A DNA stretch of 64,000 nucleotides from Rhizophagus irregularis (lineage: Eukaryota). How positions within the stretch are numbered: the stretch's first letter is position 1; each line of letters starts with the position of its first letter. A program made the translations under genes and the position numbers. Under the pieces are notes generated by a model. That model saw only the letters and a list, made by a program, of their open reading frames with translations, was not told where the DNA came from and did no database searches. Positions 33,863 through 44,643 of the stretch are shown here, piece by piece. The stretch is from the NCBI RefSeq assembly GCF_026210795.1, contig NC_089435.1, forward strand, positions 1,612,001 through 1,676,000. Reading direction: 5' to 3'.

Positions 33863-36800
33863 TCAATCTGTTTGTGGATACCTTCTCATTCCTTCATGAT
33901 ATATTTTTCTTTGCTCTGGACTTATGTTTATAATTTGTGAAAAGGTTGCATTTGCTCTGGTATTTTTCATATCCTCTAATACGTTATATTCTGGTGTGTT
34001 CCTCTGAAATGCGCTTGTCCTATGGATACCTTCAACACGTTCATTTTTACATTGTTTTGCATAGTGACCTCTTTGTCCACAATTTCCACATGTATTATTA
34101 TTTCTCCTTGCTTCTTGTGCTTTCCTCAGACTTTCATCAGTGAATCCTCTTTTTGGTAATGCTGCTGCCCTTTCCTCTTGGCTTGCATATTTATTATTCC
34201 TTCTTCGTGCTTGTTCTTGGTCAATTTCCATATCTATATCTCGATTACTTGACCTATTTTTTATGTTACTTCTCGTTTGTCTTTCACCAATATAAAAGTC
34301 TTGATCAACATGGTTAAATGTTACATCATTATCTTGATAATACGGGTCGTCATAACTATATCCTTGATCATAATTATCCTGATAATCCTGACTATCATAA
34401 TCATATTGGTCATATTGATCATTATAATTATCATATTCCACTACATTGAATCCTCGATTATTGTTTTGGTGGTTTGGTGGTCTGTTATAGTTATTTGGTC
34501 TTCCATTATAGTTATTTGATCTTCTATTATAATTTTGATTATTTGGTCTTCCATAGTTTCTTTGACCATTATTTACCCTACATTCATTTGCATAATGTCC
34601 TGGTTGTTTACAATTATAACATGCTCGAGGTGGTGGTCCTTGTCTATTGTTATTGTTTGGTGGTCTCTTTTGCCCTCCAAGTTGATTTACTAGTTTTACC
34701 TCTAATTTTTTAAACATGTCGGCAAGGTCATCCTCATAATTTTTCTCCAATGGTTTTTCAAATATATTCTTTGGCTTGTCATCTTGTATATCGATTCCTT
34801 TTCTTTGGGTACTAACTGATATACCACGTGTCTTTCTTATTAATTCATTAGTAGCTTCCTCCTCTCTTCTTGCTGTATTCACCGCATCATTTAGATTTGC
34901 TGGGTTTTGTCTTCTGACTTGATATCCCAATGTTGGTGTTAATCCTTCGATATAATTATCCACTTGTAATTCATCATCTAATGCATGGCCTCTGGTAGCT
35001 ATCCTTAATATTTGTCTAAACCTTATCGTATATGCCTCAACATTTTCATTTACTCCTTGTGTTATTTTCCTTAATTCTAACATTTTCCTTTTTCTAACAT
35101 CCTCTCTGGTAAATCTTTGTTTAACTCTATGTTTCAAATCATTATCATCATCATTGTCTGCCCAATTTACTAAATGTCCATTATTTGCTTCCTTCTTTTC
35201 ATTATACCATTGTGCTGCTGCACCTTTCAAACAGGTAGCTGCCATTGCTGCTTGTCTAGCTCCATTTACTCCTGCTGCTTTTCCTATGGCAGTGAATGCT
35301 GTTTCAAATTGTCTTACCCAATCATTAACATCTTCTTCTTCTTTTCCATAAAAGTGTGGCAAACTAATTATTCCTCCAGCTGCGTTTCCTGCATCCTCAA
35401 TTGCATTTGCTAATGGGTTGGCTGCGATTAATCCAGCCCAATTACCTCCTATATCATGTCCTGTTGTTGCTAGTAAAGCCGCTCTAACATCTTCCCTTAC
35501 TTCAGCTCTTGTTGCTCCCATAATTATTGGTACTATTGGTGGGATTGGTGGTATCGGTGGTGTTAAAGGTGTTTCAAATAAATTTTCTATATTATAATCA
35601 GATATTTCACTTTTATCCTCAGAATTTGATTCTGAACTTTCACTTGAGTCAAAACCGGGTCTATTTATAATGTTTTCTTCATAAGGTTCTTCAAAATTTT
35701 CATTGCTATCGGTATCATTTGGATTTAAAATTTCTCTATTCTTTTCAGATCCATCTGATTCTTTTTCAGATCCATCAGATTTTTCGTTATCAGATTCATT
35801 TCCACTGCTTTCACTATCCCCAATTCCAGCTTGCTGTTTTAGAAATTTATCTAATATCCGCCTTAAATTTTTCTCCAAATCATTTTTATTTCCTTGGAAT
35901 ATTTCAATAAATTCTTGATCCAATATTTCTCCATCAGTATATCCCATACTGATTAACCTTAATAACTCTCCATCAGTTATTTCTATTTTATTATCATCAC
36001 ATATTTGTTTTAATCTTTTGACCCTGATATCAATTTCATTTTCGTCATTCTCACAATCCCTACACTTGGTTTTTCCTTCGTCAAATTTATTGTTCATCCA
36101 TCTTATTCCACATTCATCACAAAATGTGGTATTTTCATTTATCCATTCATATAATTTTGTCCTTAATTCTTTGTCATTCGTATCAATTTCCTGAAAATAT
36201 TTTTCCATAAATTCCGTTGTTAATATTATACTATTGCTTATCCTGAATTTTCTTATTCTCTCTATTTCTGACACATTTAATTCGTATCCTAGTTTTTCTA
36301 AGTCATCCTTTAATTCTAATAATTCTTTTTGTTCACAATTTTTACATTGTCCAATGTCTGCTATCATATCAGGTAACTTTCTATTCCTACAATTTCCACA
36401 TATTAATGTTTCTTTTGTTAACCATTCATTTATTTCATCTTTTAATTTTTCATCACTTAGTCTCATTAATTCGAAAAATGTACCTAAAAAGTCCTCTGTT
36501 AATATCAATTCTATCCTTATCCTTAGGTCCCACATCCTTTGTATATCTTTGTCGGTGAACCTTCCACCCATTTCTTCAATTTTTCTTTTTAATGATTCTA
36601 CTGTCCATTCGACATCATCCTCTATTTTTATTTCATAATGTATACTACCATCACTGTCCTCTAATTCATAACTTTCAGGACTAGCACTTTCTGGGTCCTC
36701 AGGTTCCCTTGTAAATTGTTTGGTATCAATAAATCTTTGTCTTACTTTTGATACATATCTTACCCATGCATCACCTCCTTCTTGCGTGTCTACCTCACAT

Positions 36801-37450
36801 CTATTTTGATATTCTATCTGGAGTAATAATTCAATTACCTCTTCTTTCCTCAACAGATCTTCTGTTTCTTCATATAATAGATCCCTGAATAACTTCATTG
36901 CTAACTTCTTAACATGTATTGCTTTCATTTCATTTTCCAATATCGTGTTATACCAATCCCAAAATTTTTGAAACCTATTTTCAACATCCCAATCTTCTAA
37001 AATGTATCCATGTTTCATTATTTCTGGGCATCCTATTAATCGATCAAATATTTCATTTTCCAAGTTTCCTTCAATACAATCCCTTACAATTACTACAATT
37101 ATTATTCTCAATCCTTTTTCCTTCATTTTTGGTTGTTGTCTGTACCTTATTGATTCAATTATTCTATCTACTATATTCCTACATTTTCCCTTATGTATTG
37201 TATCCTCCCTTTCTCTATTGTCCATACTTAATAAATTCAATAATTCTTTATGTGTTACATTATTGTACATTAGTATTGTATCCTCGAATTTAAACAAAGC
37301 ATCCCAAAATTTCTTGAATGCCGCTGATACTTCTCTTTCTATTGGGTTACATATTTCACATGCTAAACATTCCTCTGGTTCTATCACTCCTAGGTCATGT
37401 TCTTGTTTATGGTTTATATATTCAGCGTTCCAAACATGGTACCATTCCAT
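33863..37450 (-). CDS. gag: Gag with ~640-aa N-terminal extension; capsid-like domain and two CCHC knuckles, 1195 aa
   Basis: LPHFYGKEEEDVNDWVRQFE...LKGAAAQWY...ITQGVNENVEAYTIRF; CYNCKQPGHYANEC; CGNCGQRGHYAKQC. Confidence 0.9.
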   Translation of the reverse strand: MEWYHVWNAEYINHKQEHDLGVIEPEECLACEICNPIEREVSAAFKKFWDALFKFEDTILMYNNVTHKELLNLLSMDNREREDTIHKGKCRNIVDRIIESIRYRQQPKMKEKGLRIIIVVIVRDCIEGNLENEIFDRLIGCPEIMKHGYILEDWDVENRFQKFWDWYNTILENEMKAIHVKKLAMKLFRDLLYEETEDLLRKEEVIELLLQIEYQNRCEVDTQEGGDAWVRYVSKVRQRFIDTKQFTREPEDPESASPESYELEDSDGSIHYEIKIEDDVEWTVESLKRKIEEMGGRFTDKDIQRMWDLRIRIELILTEDFLGTFFELMRLSDEKLKDEINEWLTKETLICGNCRNRKLPDMIADIGQCKNCEQKELLELKDDLEKLGYELNVSEIERIRKFRISNSIILTTEFMEKYFQEIDTNDKELRTKLYEWINENTTFCDECGIRWMNNKFDEGKTKCRDCENDENEIDIRVKRLKQICDDNKIEITDGELLRLISMGYTDGEILDQEFIEIFQGNKNDLEKNLRRILDKFLKQQAGIGDSESSGNESDNEKSDGSEKESDGSEKNREILNPNDTDSNENFEEPYEENIINRPGFDSSESSESNSEDKSEISDYNIENLFETPLTPPIPPIPPIVPIIMGATRAEVREDVRAALLATTGHDIGGNWAGLIAANPLANAIEDAGNAAGGIISLPHFYGKEEEDVNDWVRQFETAFTAIGKAAGVNGARQAAMAATCLKGAAAQWYNEKKEANNGHLVNWADNDDDNDLKHRVKQRFTREDVRKRKMLELRKITQGVNENVEAYTIRFRQILRIATRGHALDDELQVDNYIEGLTPTLGYQVRRQNPANLNDAVNTARREEEATNELIRKTRGISVSTQRKGIDIQDDKPKNIFEKPLEKNYEDDLADMFKKLEVKLVNQLGGQKRPPNNNNRQGPPPRACYNCKQPGHYANECRVNNGQRNYGRPNNQNYNRRSNNYNGRPNNYNRPPNHQNNNRGFNVVEYDNYNDQYDQYDYDSQDYQDNYDQGYSYDDPYYQDNDVTFNHVDQDFYIGERQTRSNIKNRSSNRDIDMEIDQEQARRRNNKYASQEERAAALPKRGFTDESLRKAQEARRNNNTCGNCGQRGHYAKQCKNERVEGIHRTSAFQRNTPEYNVLEDMKNTRANATFSQIINISPEQRKIYHEGMRRYPQTD

Positions 37451-37976
37451 TTTTAATAAAATTCTCTAAAAATTTTCACGTCTTTTACTTTTTATCCTTC
37501 TTTTATATTTTATTTGACCTATACTGGGCTTGCCTTTACCTCACTTGTTCATTACTGAGTATGGTAGTTTACAGGTTTGTACAAATAAATTTACATTTTC
37601 CTTGAAATTCCCAACCTAAAGTTGGAATGTGATTCCATATTTGATTTCATTAATTTCATTATGTATCTTTAATTTAACTCCTTTTATACACGTATTTTCC
37701 CAATTCTTCTTCAGTTAAATTGATTTTATGTACAATCATTTTAATTTCTTGTTATAATTATTATTATTTTATTATTATCGTTATTTTGTTATATTTTGAA
37801 ATAATAAGTGGGAGATCCAAATCTCCCTCCTATATTTATATTTTTCCTTGGTCATGTGATTTTTGTCAATCTTCCTATTTTTATTATTTTTAATTCATCC
37901 TTAACTTTTATATATTTGTCCAGCAAATATTATTTTAATTTTTGTTAACGTTAATCATGATTTTTCTTGGGTACCC

Positions 37977-38169
37977 TCACACAGAATTGTTTTTGGAAGT
38001 TCACACAGAACTATTCTCAATTGATCACACAGAATACCTCAATTGAGTTCACACAGAAAAAGCTCACACAGAACTATTCTCAATTGATCACACAGAAAAC
38101 CTCAATTGAGTTCACACAGAATTATTCTCAATTGATCACACAGAAAACCTCAATTGAGTTCACACAGAA
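37977..38169. repeat. 24-bp-period tandem array in the retrotransposon leader (9 copies of TCACACAGAA)
   Basis: Cores at 37977, 38001, 38025, 38049, 38064, 38088, 38112, 38136 and 38160. Confidence 0.9.
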
Positions 38170-38742
38170 TTACCCTACCATCGTATTTATAGTGTCGGTT
38201 TTTGGGTACACTTTTTATCCTTAACTTAACCTCAATTATTCATAAAAATTATTTTTAATCCTTAATTCATGGAACTTATTTACAATATTCTATTAAAACC
38301 CCTTCTAACTTGATTAGCCTCGCATTTCCCTTGATAATCAATTACTACCATACATATTTGGTTCATATGTATGAAAATTATTATAATAATAATTTTTCAT
38401 TGACTTATCAGCCGGTGGTCAAGTTAGATCAAAAATTTAATTTTTAACATTATCTCTTTATACATTTATGGTCATACTTACCCAAATTAATACCTTTTAC
38501 CTTGGTAACCATTATTTTCACGTATCCTTTAAAATATTTAACTTTATTTTATTAAAATTTAACGTTAATACACCTTAAATTCTTTTTTAACCAAGACTTA
38601 GAACTTTTAATTTTATAATTCCTTAACTTCGTCGATCCTTTATTTGTAACTTCTAATGATCACGTGGGGGTGATCATTTTCTTTTCTCAGAGATCCTATA
38701 CTTATAACCTGTAGTGATCATGTGAGGATGATCACTTTTCCT

Positions 38743-38760
38743 TTCTCGGAGCATGCACCA
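38743..38760 (-). promoter_or_regulatory. 18-nt primer-binding site, probably tRNA-Gly
   Basis: Minus strand TGGTGCATGCTCCGAGAA begins 2 nt after the 5' LTR. Its complement TT-CTCGG-AGCATGC-A-CCA reads as T-loop end, T-stem, acceptor strand, discriminator and CCA. Confidence 0.85.
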
Positions 38761-38762
38761 CT

Positions 38763-39387
38763 TGTAACACCTGAGCCCATAGAAAATTATGTTTGCCACC
38801 TCAGGTATTAACAAAATGACTCTTTATTAATAATATAAATAAATACAATAATATGCTTGGTTTAATAACATTAAATAATAAAATAAATAATTCATAACAA
38901 AATTCGTCCAATTTTCTCTCTCTCTCTCTCTCTGTCCTTTCCAAAAGGTGATCTTCACGCCCTTTTATGTTTGTTTTTGTGTAACTAAATTCATAATTTC
39001 GATTCATGGATTTAAATTATTAAAGTATTTCCATTGTTTTAAAGTATTTCCATTATCTTAATTTTGTATCCATTTGATCATCATGAACTCCTGAATTATG
39101 ATTTATAATATTAACGTAGTGATCAACAAATTAATCACTTGACACCTCAGATCACTTGATTTCATTCAATTTAGTATCTTTCGGATCTTCATTTATCCTT
39201 AAATCTCGTGACTAATAGTTTAAGGTCATCACGGACCAATTACCTTGATCCATGTGATTATTAGTTTAACGACTTCTCGGTCCAATTAAAATAAAAATAA
39301 AAATAAGTTAAAATTTTATACACTAAGACTAAATGTAATACTGCGCCTCACAATTAATAAATTTACTAGGTATACTACGGCATTACA
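38763..39387 (-). repeat. 5' LTR (625 bp)
   Basis: Same sequence as 28839-29463. Confidence 0.97.
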
Positions 39388-41055
39388 CCAGCTATAGTAA
39401 AAATGATTCGATAAACCGGATCACGTGACTGAGAACCAATAAAATTTAAGTAACGTGATGCGGTAAATCTTAAATTTGGTCGGAATTATAAAAATCTTAA
39501 TTCCGGCTGAAGTTAAGTATTACTTATATATTCAATTAAAATATTTTATATTCATTTTCATGACCTCTATAACTTAAAACTAGATGAAAAAATCAAATTA
39601 TAGTGTATATTAGTTTTATTAGCATGAAAATTTTTTAAAAATTCAATATAATAGATTTTCAATATATCGAAATTTTTTCGCTAAACCGGATATCCCGATA
39701 AACCGGATATTTTTAGTGGAACCGATAGATCCGGTTTATCGAATTTCACTGTGTATATCACAGCACTATTGACTTCGATCAAAACCTAACGCTAAAAGGT
39801 GCACAAAATAAAAAATAATTAGGAAAAAAATCCAAATCTAAGGGGTGAAAGAATGAAAAAACTAAATTAGCAAAAAATAATTAGATAAAAAAATTATTAT
39901 TAAAAATAAGTATCGAAAAAAAGGTGCTTAGTGTAACATCGCATCGAGTCATCAAAAAGTAGTTGTTATTTTATTTGAATATCGTAATTTTATTTTTCTT
40001 AAATTTAATTTGGATTCCGAGTTGTAGAATCGTTAAGGTGTTAGAAAATTCATATAATATAGCGAAAAATAAAATATTAAAAATAGATATTCATTCATTA
40101 AATAAGATTTCAGGTGAAGAAGGTATTAGGAATAATATATATTTTTGAGGGAATATATTAGATTTCTATAATGTTATATAATACTTTTTTCTCATTTTAT
40201 TCAGTAGGAGAAATAGAGAATTTGTAAGGAGGGTTGTGCAGGTGAAAAACAAGGTTGGCAAGTCTAGGATATTCAAATCTTAGCCAGGTAGAGGTGCTGC
40301 ATTGGAGGGGAGTTATCACTGATTTAATTATTTCCGTTGTTGTAGTTGTCTGTAATGTATTATTTTGTAGTATAGTTATGTACCTTTTCTCTTCAAAATT
40401 GTATCATTTCTGGATTTTCAAATTCTCGTTTAATGAAAAATGAAAATAAAAATAAAATAAAAGTTACACAATTAATTGATCATCAATTATGCCCGAAAAT
40501 ATAGGTTCTTTTTTCCAAAAAAAAAAGAAATTAGTAATCAAAAACTGTTAATAAAAAGAAACAAATAAATTATTGATAAGAATAAGAAAACCAAATTTTT
40601 TATTATGCTACGAAATAATTTATTGTTCTAGATGGATTAAAGGTCATAATATCATACTTAATAACTTTTTTCATTGTTAAATGTGTAATAATACATATGT
40701 CACCTCAATCTAACAGCTGGTCATATTTACAAAATTGAAGCAATATTCAAAGTATCAAAGAAATTTGACTGACTTTTAAATTATTTAGGCCATATTCCTA
40801 GTTTTTAGTTGACAATATTTATCTTGTTTGCATATAAATTATTAATTATTTCAGTTATATTTATTATGTATAATGCAATCTACAAGAAATAATAATTATA
40901 GTATTACTCTAAGATATGCAATAATACTAATAACAAATTGCAAACGCAAATAAAAATATAAATAAACATCGTTTCAATAATTATCATACTTGTTACTTTA
41001 TTGTAAAAACTGCAAAAATACATAATAATAATGTTTTCTTTATAATAAATAATAG

Positions 41056-41996
41056 AATTATTAATCTTCAATCTTACAATCAAAGCCCTGTGACTCTTCT
41101 TGAACTGAAATTCCAGTAAATCTACGACTTGTATAATATACTTGTGAATGATATTGTATAATAGAAGCACTTGCTTGTCCTTGTACTAAAGCTTTGTTTG
41201 CTTCTACAAACTCCAACTTAATTGATTATCAATATTAGTTACTTCATATTCATAATTTCCATCCCTGTTTATTTCATAATAATCACTAATACATCTAATC
41301 CATTCAGATATAATACATTCAAGCGTTATTATGGTTGGTCTATTGGAAGGATCTGAATCCCAACATTTTTTCATTAAAATCTATATAACATTTTGGAGTA
41401 TTTTCAACAATTTCAGGGCGTTTCCCTGCACAGAAACTCAAAATAAGGAGATGATCATGTGATATACGATTAAATGGAGGAATACCTGATGTAAATTCCC
41501 ACATTATCATTGAAAAACTATAAATATCACCTGCTGGTGTATAGGGTTCTGGTCTTAATATTTCAGGTGCCATATAAGGTAAAACTCCATAAATTTCATT
41601 AGTTTTATTATCAGAATCTTGTAAATCATTTATAGGTTTACATAATCCTAAATCAATAATAAATAACTCATTGTAATTATCTGATATTAAAATATTACCA
41701 TCATGAAAATCACCATGAGTTAAATTTGATTCATGAATTACTTTAAGTCCTAATACAATTTTTTTCAATAATTGTAACTTTTCTTGCCATTCAAATTTAA
41801 TTATATCAGATAAACATTTTCTTAAATTTCCTTTTTTTGCATAACTCATAACTATTATATAATTTAAATTATTTGGATCTTGGGTAAATCCAAAGAATTG
41901 AATAAATTTTGAAAATGATTTTTTCTGACAATTATAATGGTATTTCCACTGCATAAATGATAAAAAAAATTAAATTTTGCAAAAAGAAAAAAAATT
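41056..41996 (-). pseudogene. Truncated paralogue of Sel1-kinase exon 2 plus part of its intron
   Basis: CAG|TGG AAA TAC at 41948; close match to 7435-6600 (HGDFHDGN, DLG, YMAPE); frameshift near 41370; no exon 1 upstream. Confidence 0.88.
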
Positions 41997-42006
41997 GTAT
42001 GAACAA

Positions 42007-42099
42007 GAATTAGTAGATTTATTCGAAGAATATAAAGTGAAAGAGATAATTGAAGAATACTTAATTAGTGGTCTTTTTGTAGATTTTGAATGGAATTAA
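42007..42099 (+). pseudogene. Orphan 3' end of an F-box/LRR paralogue
   Basis: ELVDLFEEYKVKEIIEEYLISGLFVDFEWN*; downstream 42126-42213 matches 14609-14703. Confidence 0.75.
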
Positions 42100-43794
42100 A
42101 AAAAAAAAATCTTTAATGCATAAGATAATAATTTTGTTGTAACAATTATACACGGTTTTATTTTAGAAATTTTTTCGGAATATATGTTAAAATTGAGACA
42201 TAAACAGTTTAATTAAAGGAAATAACTTTTATTATTACTTTTATTTGATACTTTCATTTTGCAAATTTTAAATTTTAATTAAACATTATTATGTTCTTTG
42301 TTAAAAATATTTTTAACCAATGAGAATTATTTTTTTAAAGTACTAACAAAAAGCGAAGATTTTTTTATGAATGGGAAAAAAATTATTTAATAATTCGCAA
42401 ATGACAATAATCTGATTTATATTTTTTAATTTGATATGAATATAACTTTTAACTAATTCATTTAGAGTCTGGTTAATTTCACTGACAGACAATCACTTTT
42501 CCGAAAATGTTTCATCGACAAAAAGTTCTCTTCGACATTTCATTTTTTCCGGTTTATTTTAGTTTCGATACCTTTATAACTTTTTATTTTTTGTTCATCA
42601 CAGCTAAAATAATAAAACTGGTGAATGATAAAGAAACTTGAGTCTACGTACAGTACATATTAAAAATTAGGTCAATATTAAAAAGAGAAAAAATTATTTT
42701 ATTTTTATACAAAAGATAAATTATATAGTATAATTATATATATACATATATTTTTTAAAAAAAAGACTTTATATTTTGATATTCGAAACTAAAATATGAA
42801 CTGTCGGTGAGATGATGAAACGTTTTTCGATTAAACGTTTGTCGGTGAAGAAGTTGTATGTGAGGTGAATGCGTCCCATTCATTATTTGATAATCCTTAA
42901 AATAAATTATACATTATATGTAATATGTTAGTTAAAACAAGTTATCATAAAACTGATCTGGTACAAATGCTATAATAACGTGATAATATAAGTCTGGGGA
43001 AAATTTTTTAATTCGCCTGTATCAATTTTTCGAAAATCTGTGAATTTTTTTTCATATTAAATTTTTTTTTTTTTTAACGAATTTTACATGACTCACATAA
43101 GCAATATATTGTTTTATTAAGTACTAGTACATTTATACAATAATTTCGTGGATTGAAATATAGTATTTTTTTTTGTTCGTTTCTTTTTGCCAGAAGTTGT
43201 TGCATATAACATCACGACAATAATAATATCCTTGATTTTATCGATTCATCACATACATTTTCTGGCACTTTTTCACACTGGAAAAATGATTTCCATAGGA
43301 CGATCACATAAACAACTTTATTAAAAATTTATCCTACATAATCATTACTAATTATATATATAATGTGATATACTGCACAATAAAAAAAAAGAATTATATA
43401 TGCATAAAAATTGATGTTACGAGGATCTAAGAATTTTTTTTTGTCCGGTATAATAGCAGCAGCTAGAATAGGCAGAATTCGATATGGCGAATCCTCCGTC
43501 CATATGATAATAAGTCGTTATGATATCAAGTAATCGATAAAACAAATATCATTTCATTACATATGAGTAAATTCTATAAAATTCCAGTCTATTAAAAATT
43601 TTTTTTTTTATTTATGATAATTTATTTTAATATGCTTGTAAAAATTATTTTATTAAAAAAAGCAAAATTCCTAATCATTTAACTGATAATGGTTAAATAT
43701 TCTAATTCACAATTAATTTCAGACCAAAATTTATAGCATGAAATTAACATAAAATTAATAAAGGCATAGTATGGCCGTATGGGTTAAGTAATAG

Positions 43795-43876
43795 TTATTT
43801 CACGGGAACTGTGGATATCAATGGTTTTCACGGCGCAGCCGTGATATCATGATATTCCAGTGACTCCGTGAAATAA
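43795..43876. repeat. 82-bp imperfect palindrome
   Basis: TTATTTCACGG...CACGGC-GCA-GCCGTG...CCGTGAAATAA. Confidence 0.65.
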
Positions 43877-43899
43877 ATACCATGGGCGTCCTTAACTTA

Positions 43900-44019
43900 C
43901 AGTGGGGTGTACGATATTAACGTACGAACTAGCCCGAGTTTGGGAGTTATGCACTTACACGCGATAGCGTTAACGTTAATTCTGGCCAGTTCGTACGTTA
44001 ATATCGTACACCCTCACTG
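43900..44019. mobile_element. ~120-bp MITE
   Basis: CAGTGGGGTGTACGATATTAACGTACGAACT...AGTTCGTACGTTAATATCGTACACCCTCACTG. Confidence 0.8.
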
Positions 44020-44643
44020 TTACATCATCAATGAATAACTAAAATATTCACCGGAGTCTTGGGGTCCCCCTGAGGGAGGGAGTTTCATGGAATAACAGGC
44101 TTATCTCATTGTGTATTATGTATACACCGATGGATTTTATACTTTTTTATACTTTTTTTATACCGGTGGAGAAGTTGATAAAAATTCATTGGTGTATACA
44201 TAATACCGATGCGATAAATATATGTCATATTAAAATTAAGGTAATGAGAAAATCGGTTCATACAAAATCATTTATAAGTCCTGACTTTAAATTTTTGAAA
44301 AATTTATTTATTATATTAAAAAGTAATACAAATGAGTGATAGAAAAATCATTTATTGGATATATTCATCGAATGATTTCAATTCTTTTTATTTTTAATGC
44401 AATATCATCTCCGGAAAATAATAAAGGCGCCGGCTTAAATTATGATTTGTACACTAATCCTTAACTTTACTTTATATAGAAAATATGATGTCAATCATAT
44501 CAATGATCTTTATATATAATGTCCAATTATATTCAAGAATTTTTTCCGTTCATGAATTCTAAACGTAATATTTGTTACACAGCTCTATCCCGTCATGGAA
44601 TATAAACAAAGGAAATGCGGGAATTATTTTTTTTAAAAAAAAA

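Larger units (their letters stand above)
28839..39387 (-). mobile_element. Full-length Ty3/gypsy LTR retrotransposon, 10549 bp
   Basis: Two 625-bp TG...CA LTRs, TSD CCAG (28835-28838 and 39388-39391), PBS, PPT, and domain order gag-PR-RT-RH-IN. Confidence 0.97.
28678..39753. mobile_element. ~520-bp TA-flanked MITE split by the LTR element (28678-28838 plus 39392-39753)
   Basis: TA|CACAGTGAAATTCGATAAACCGGAT ... ATCCGGTTTATCGAATTTCACTGTG|TA, with several internal CGATAAACCGGA motifs in both halves. Confidence 0.85.

Noticed and set aside
30867..37605. Many plus-strand ORFs of 60-155 aa inside the retrotransposon
   Set aside because: Antisense shadows of A-rich gag/pol coding sequence with F/L/S/I-biased composition.
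37977..38169. CRISPR array
   Set aside because: The core is only 10 bp, the linkers repeat rather than being unique, there are no cas genes, and the context is a eukaryotic retrotransposon.
42478..42870. Degenerate inverted-repeat element
   Set aside because: Only patchy complementarity (e.g. TATTTTAGTTTCGA / TCGAAACTAAAATA); ends and TSD unresolved.
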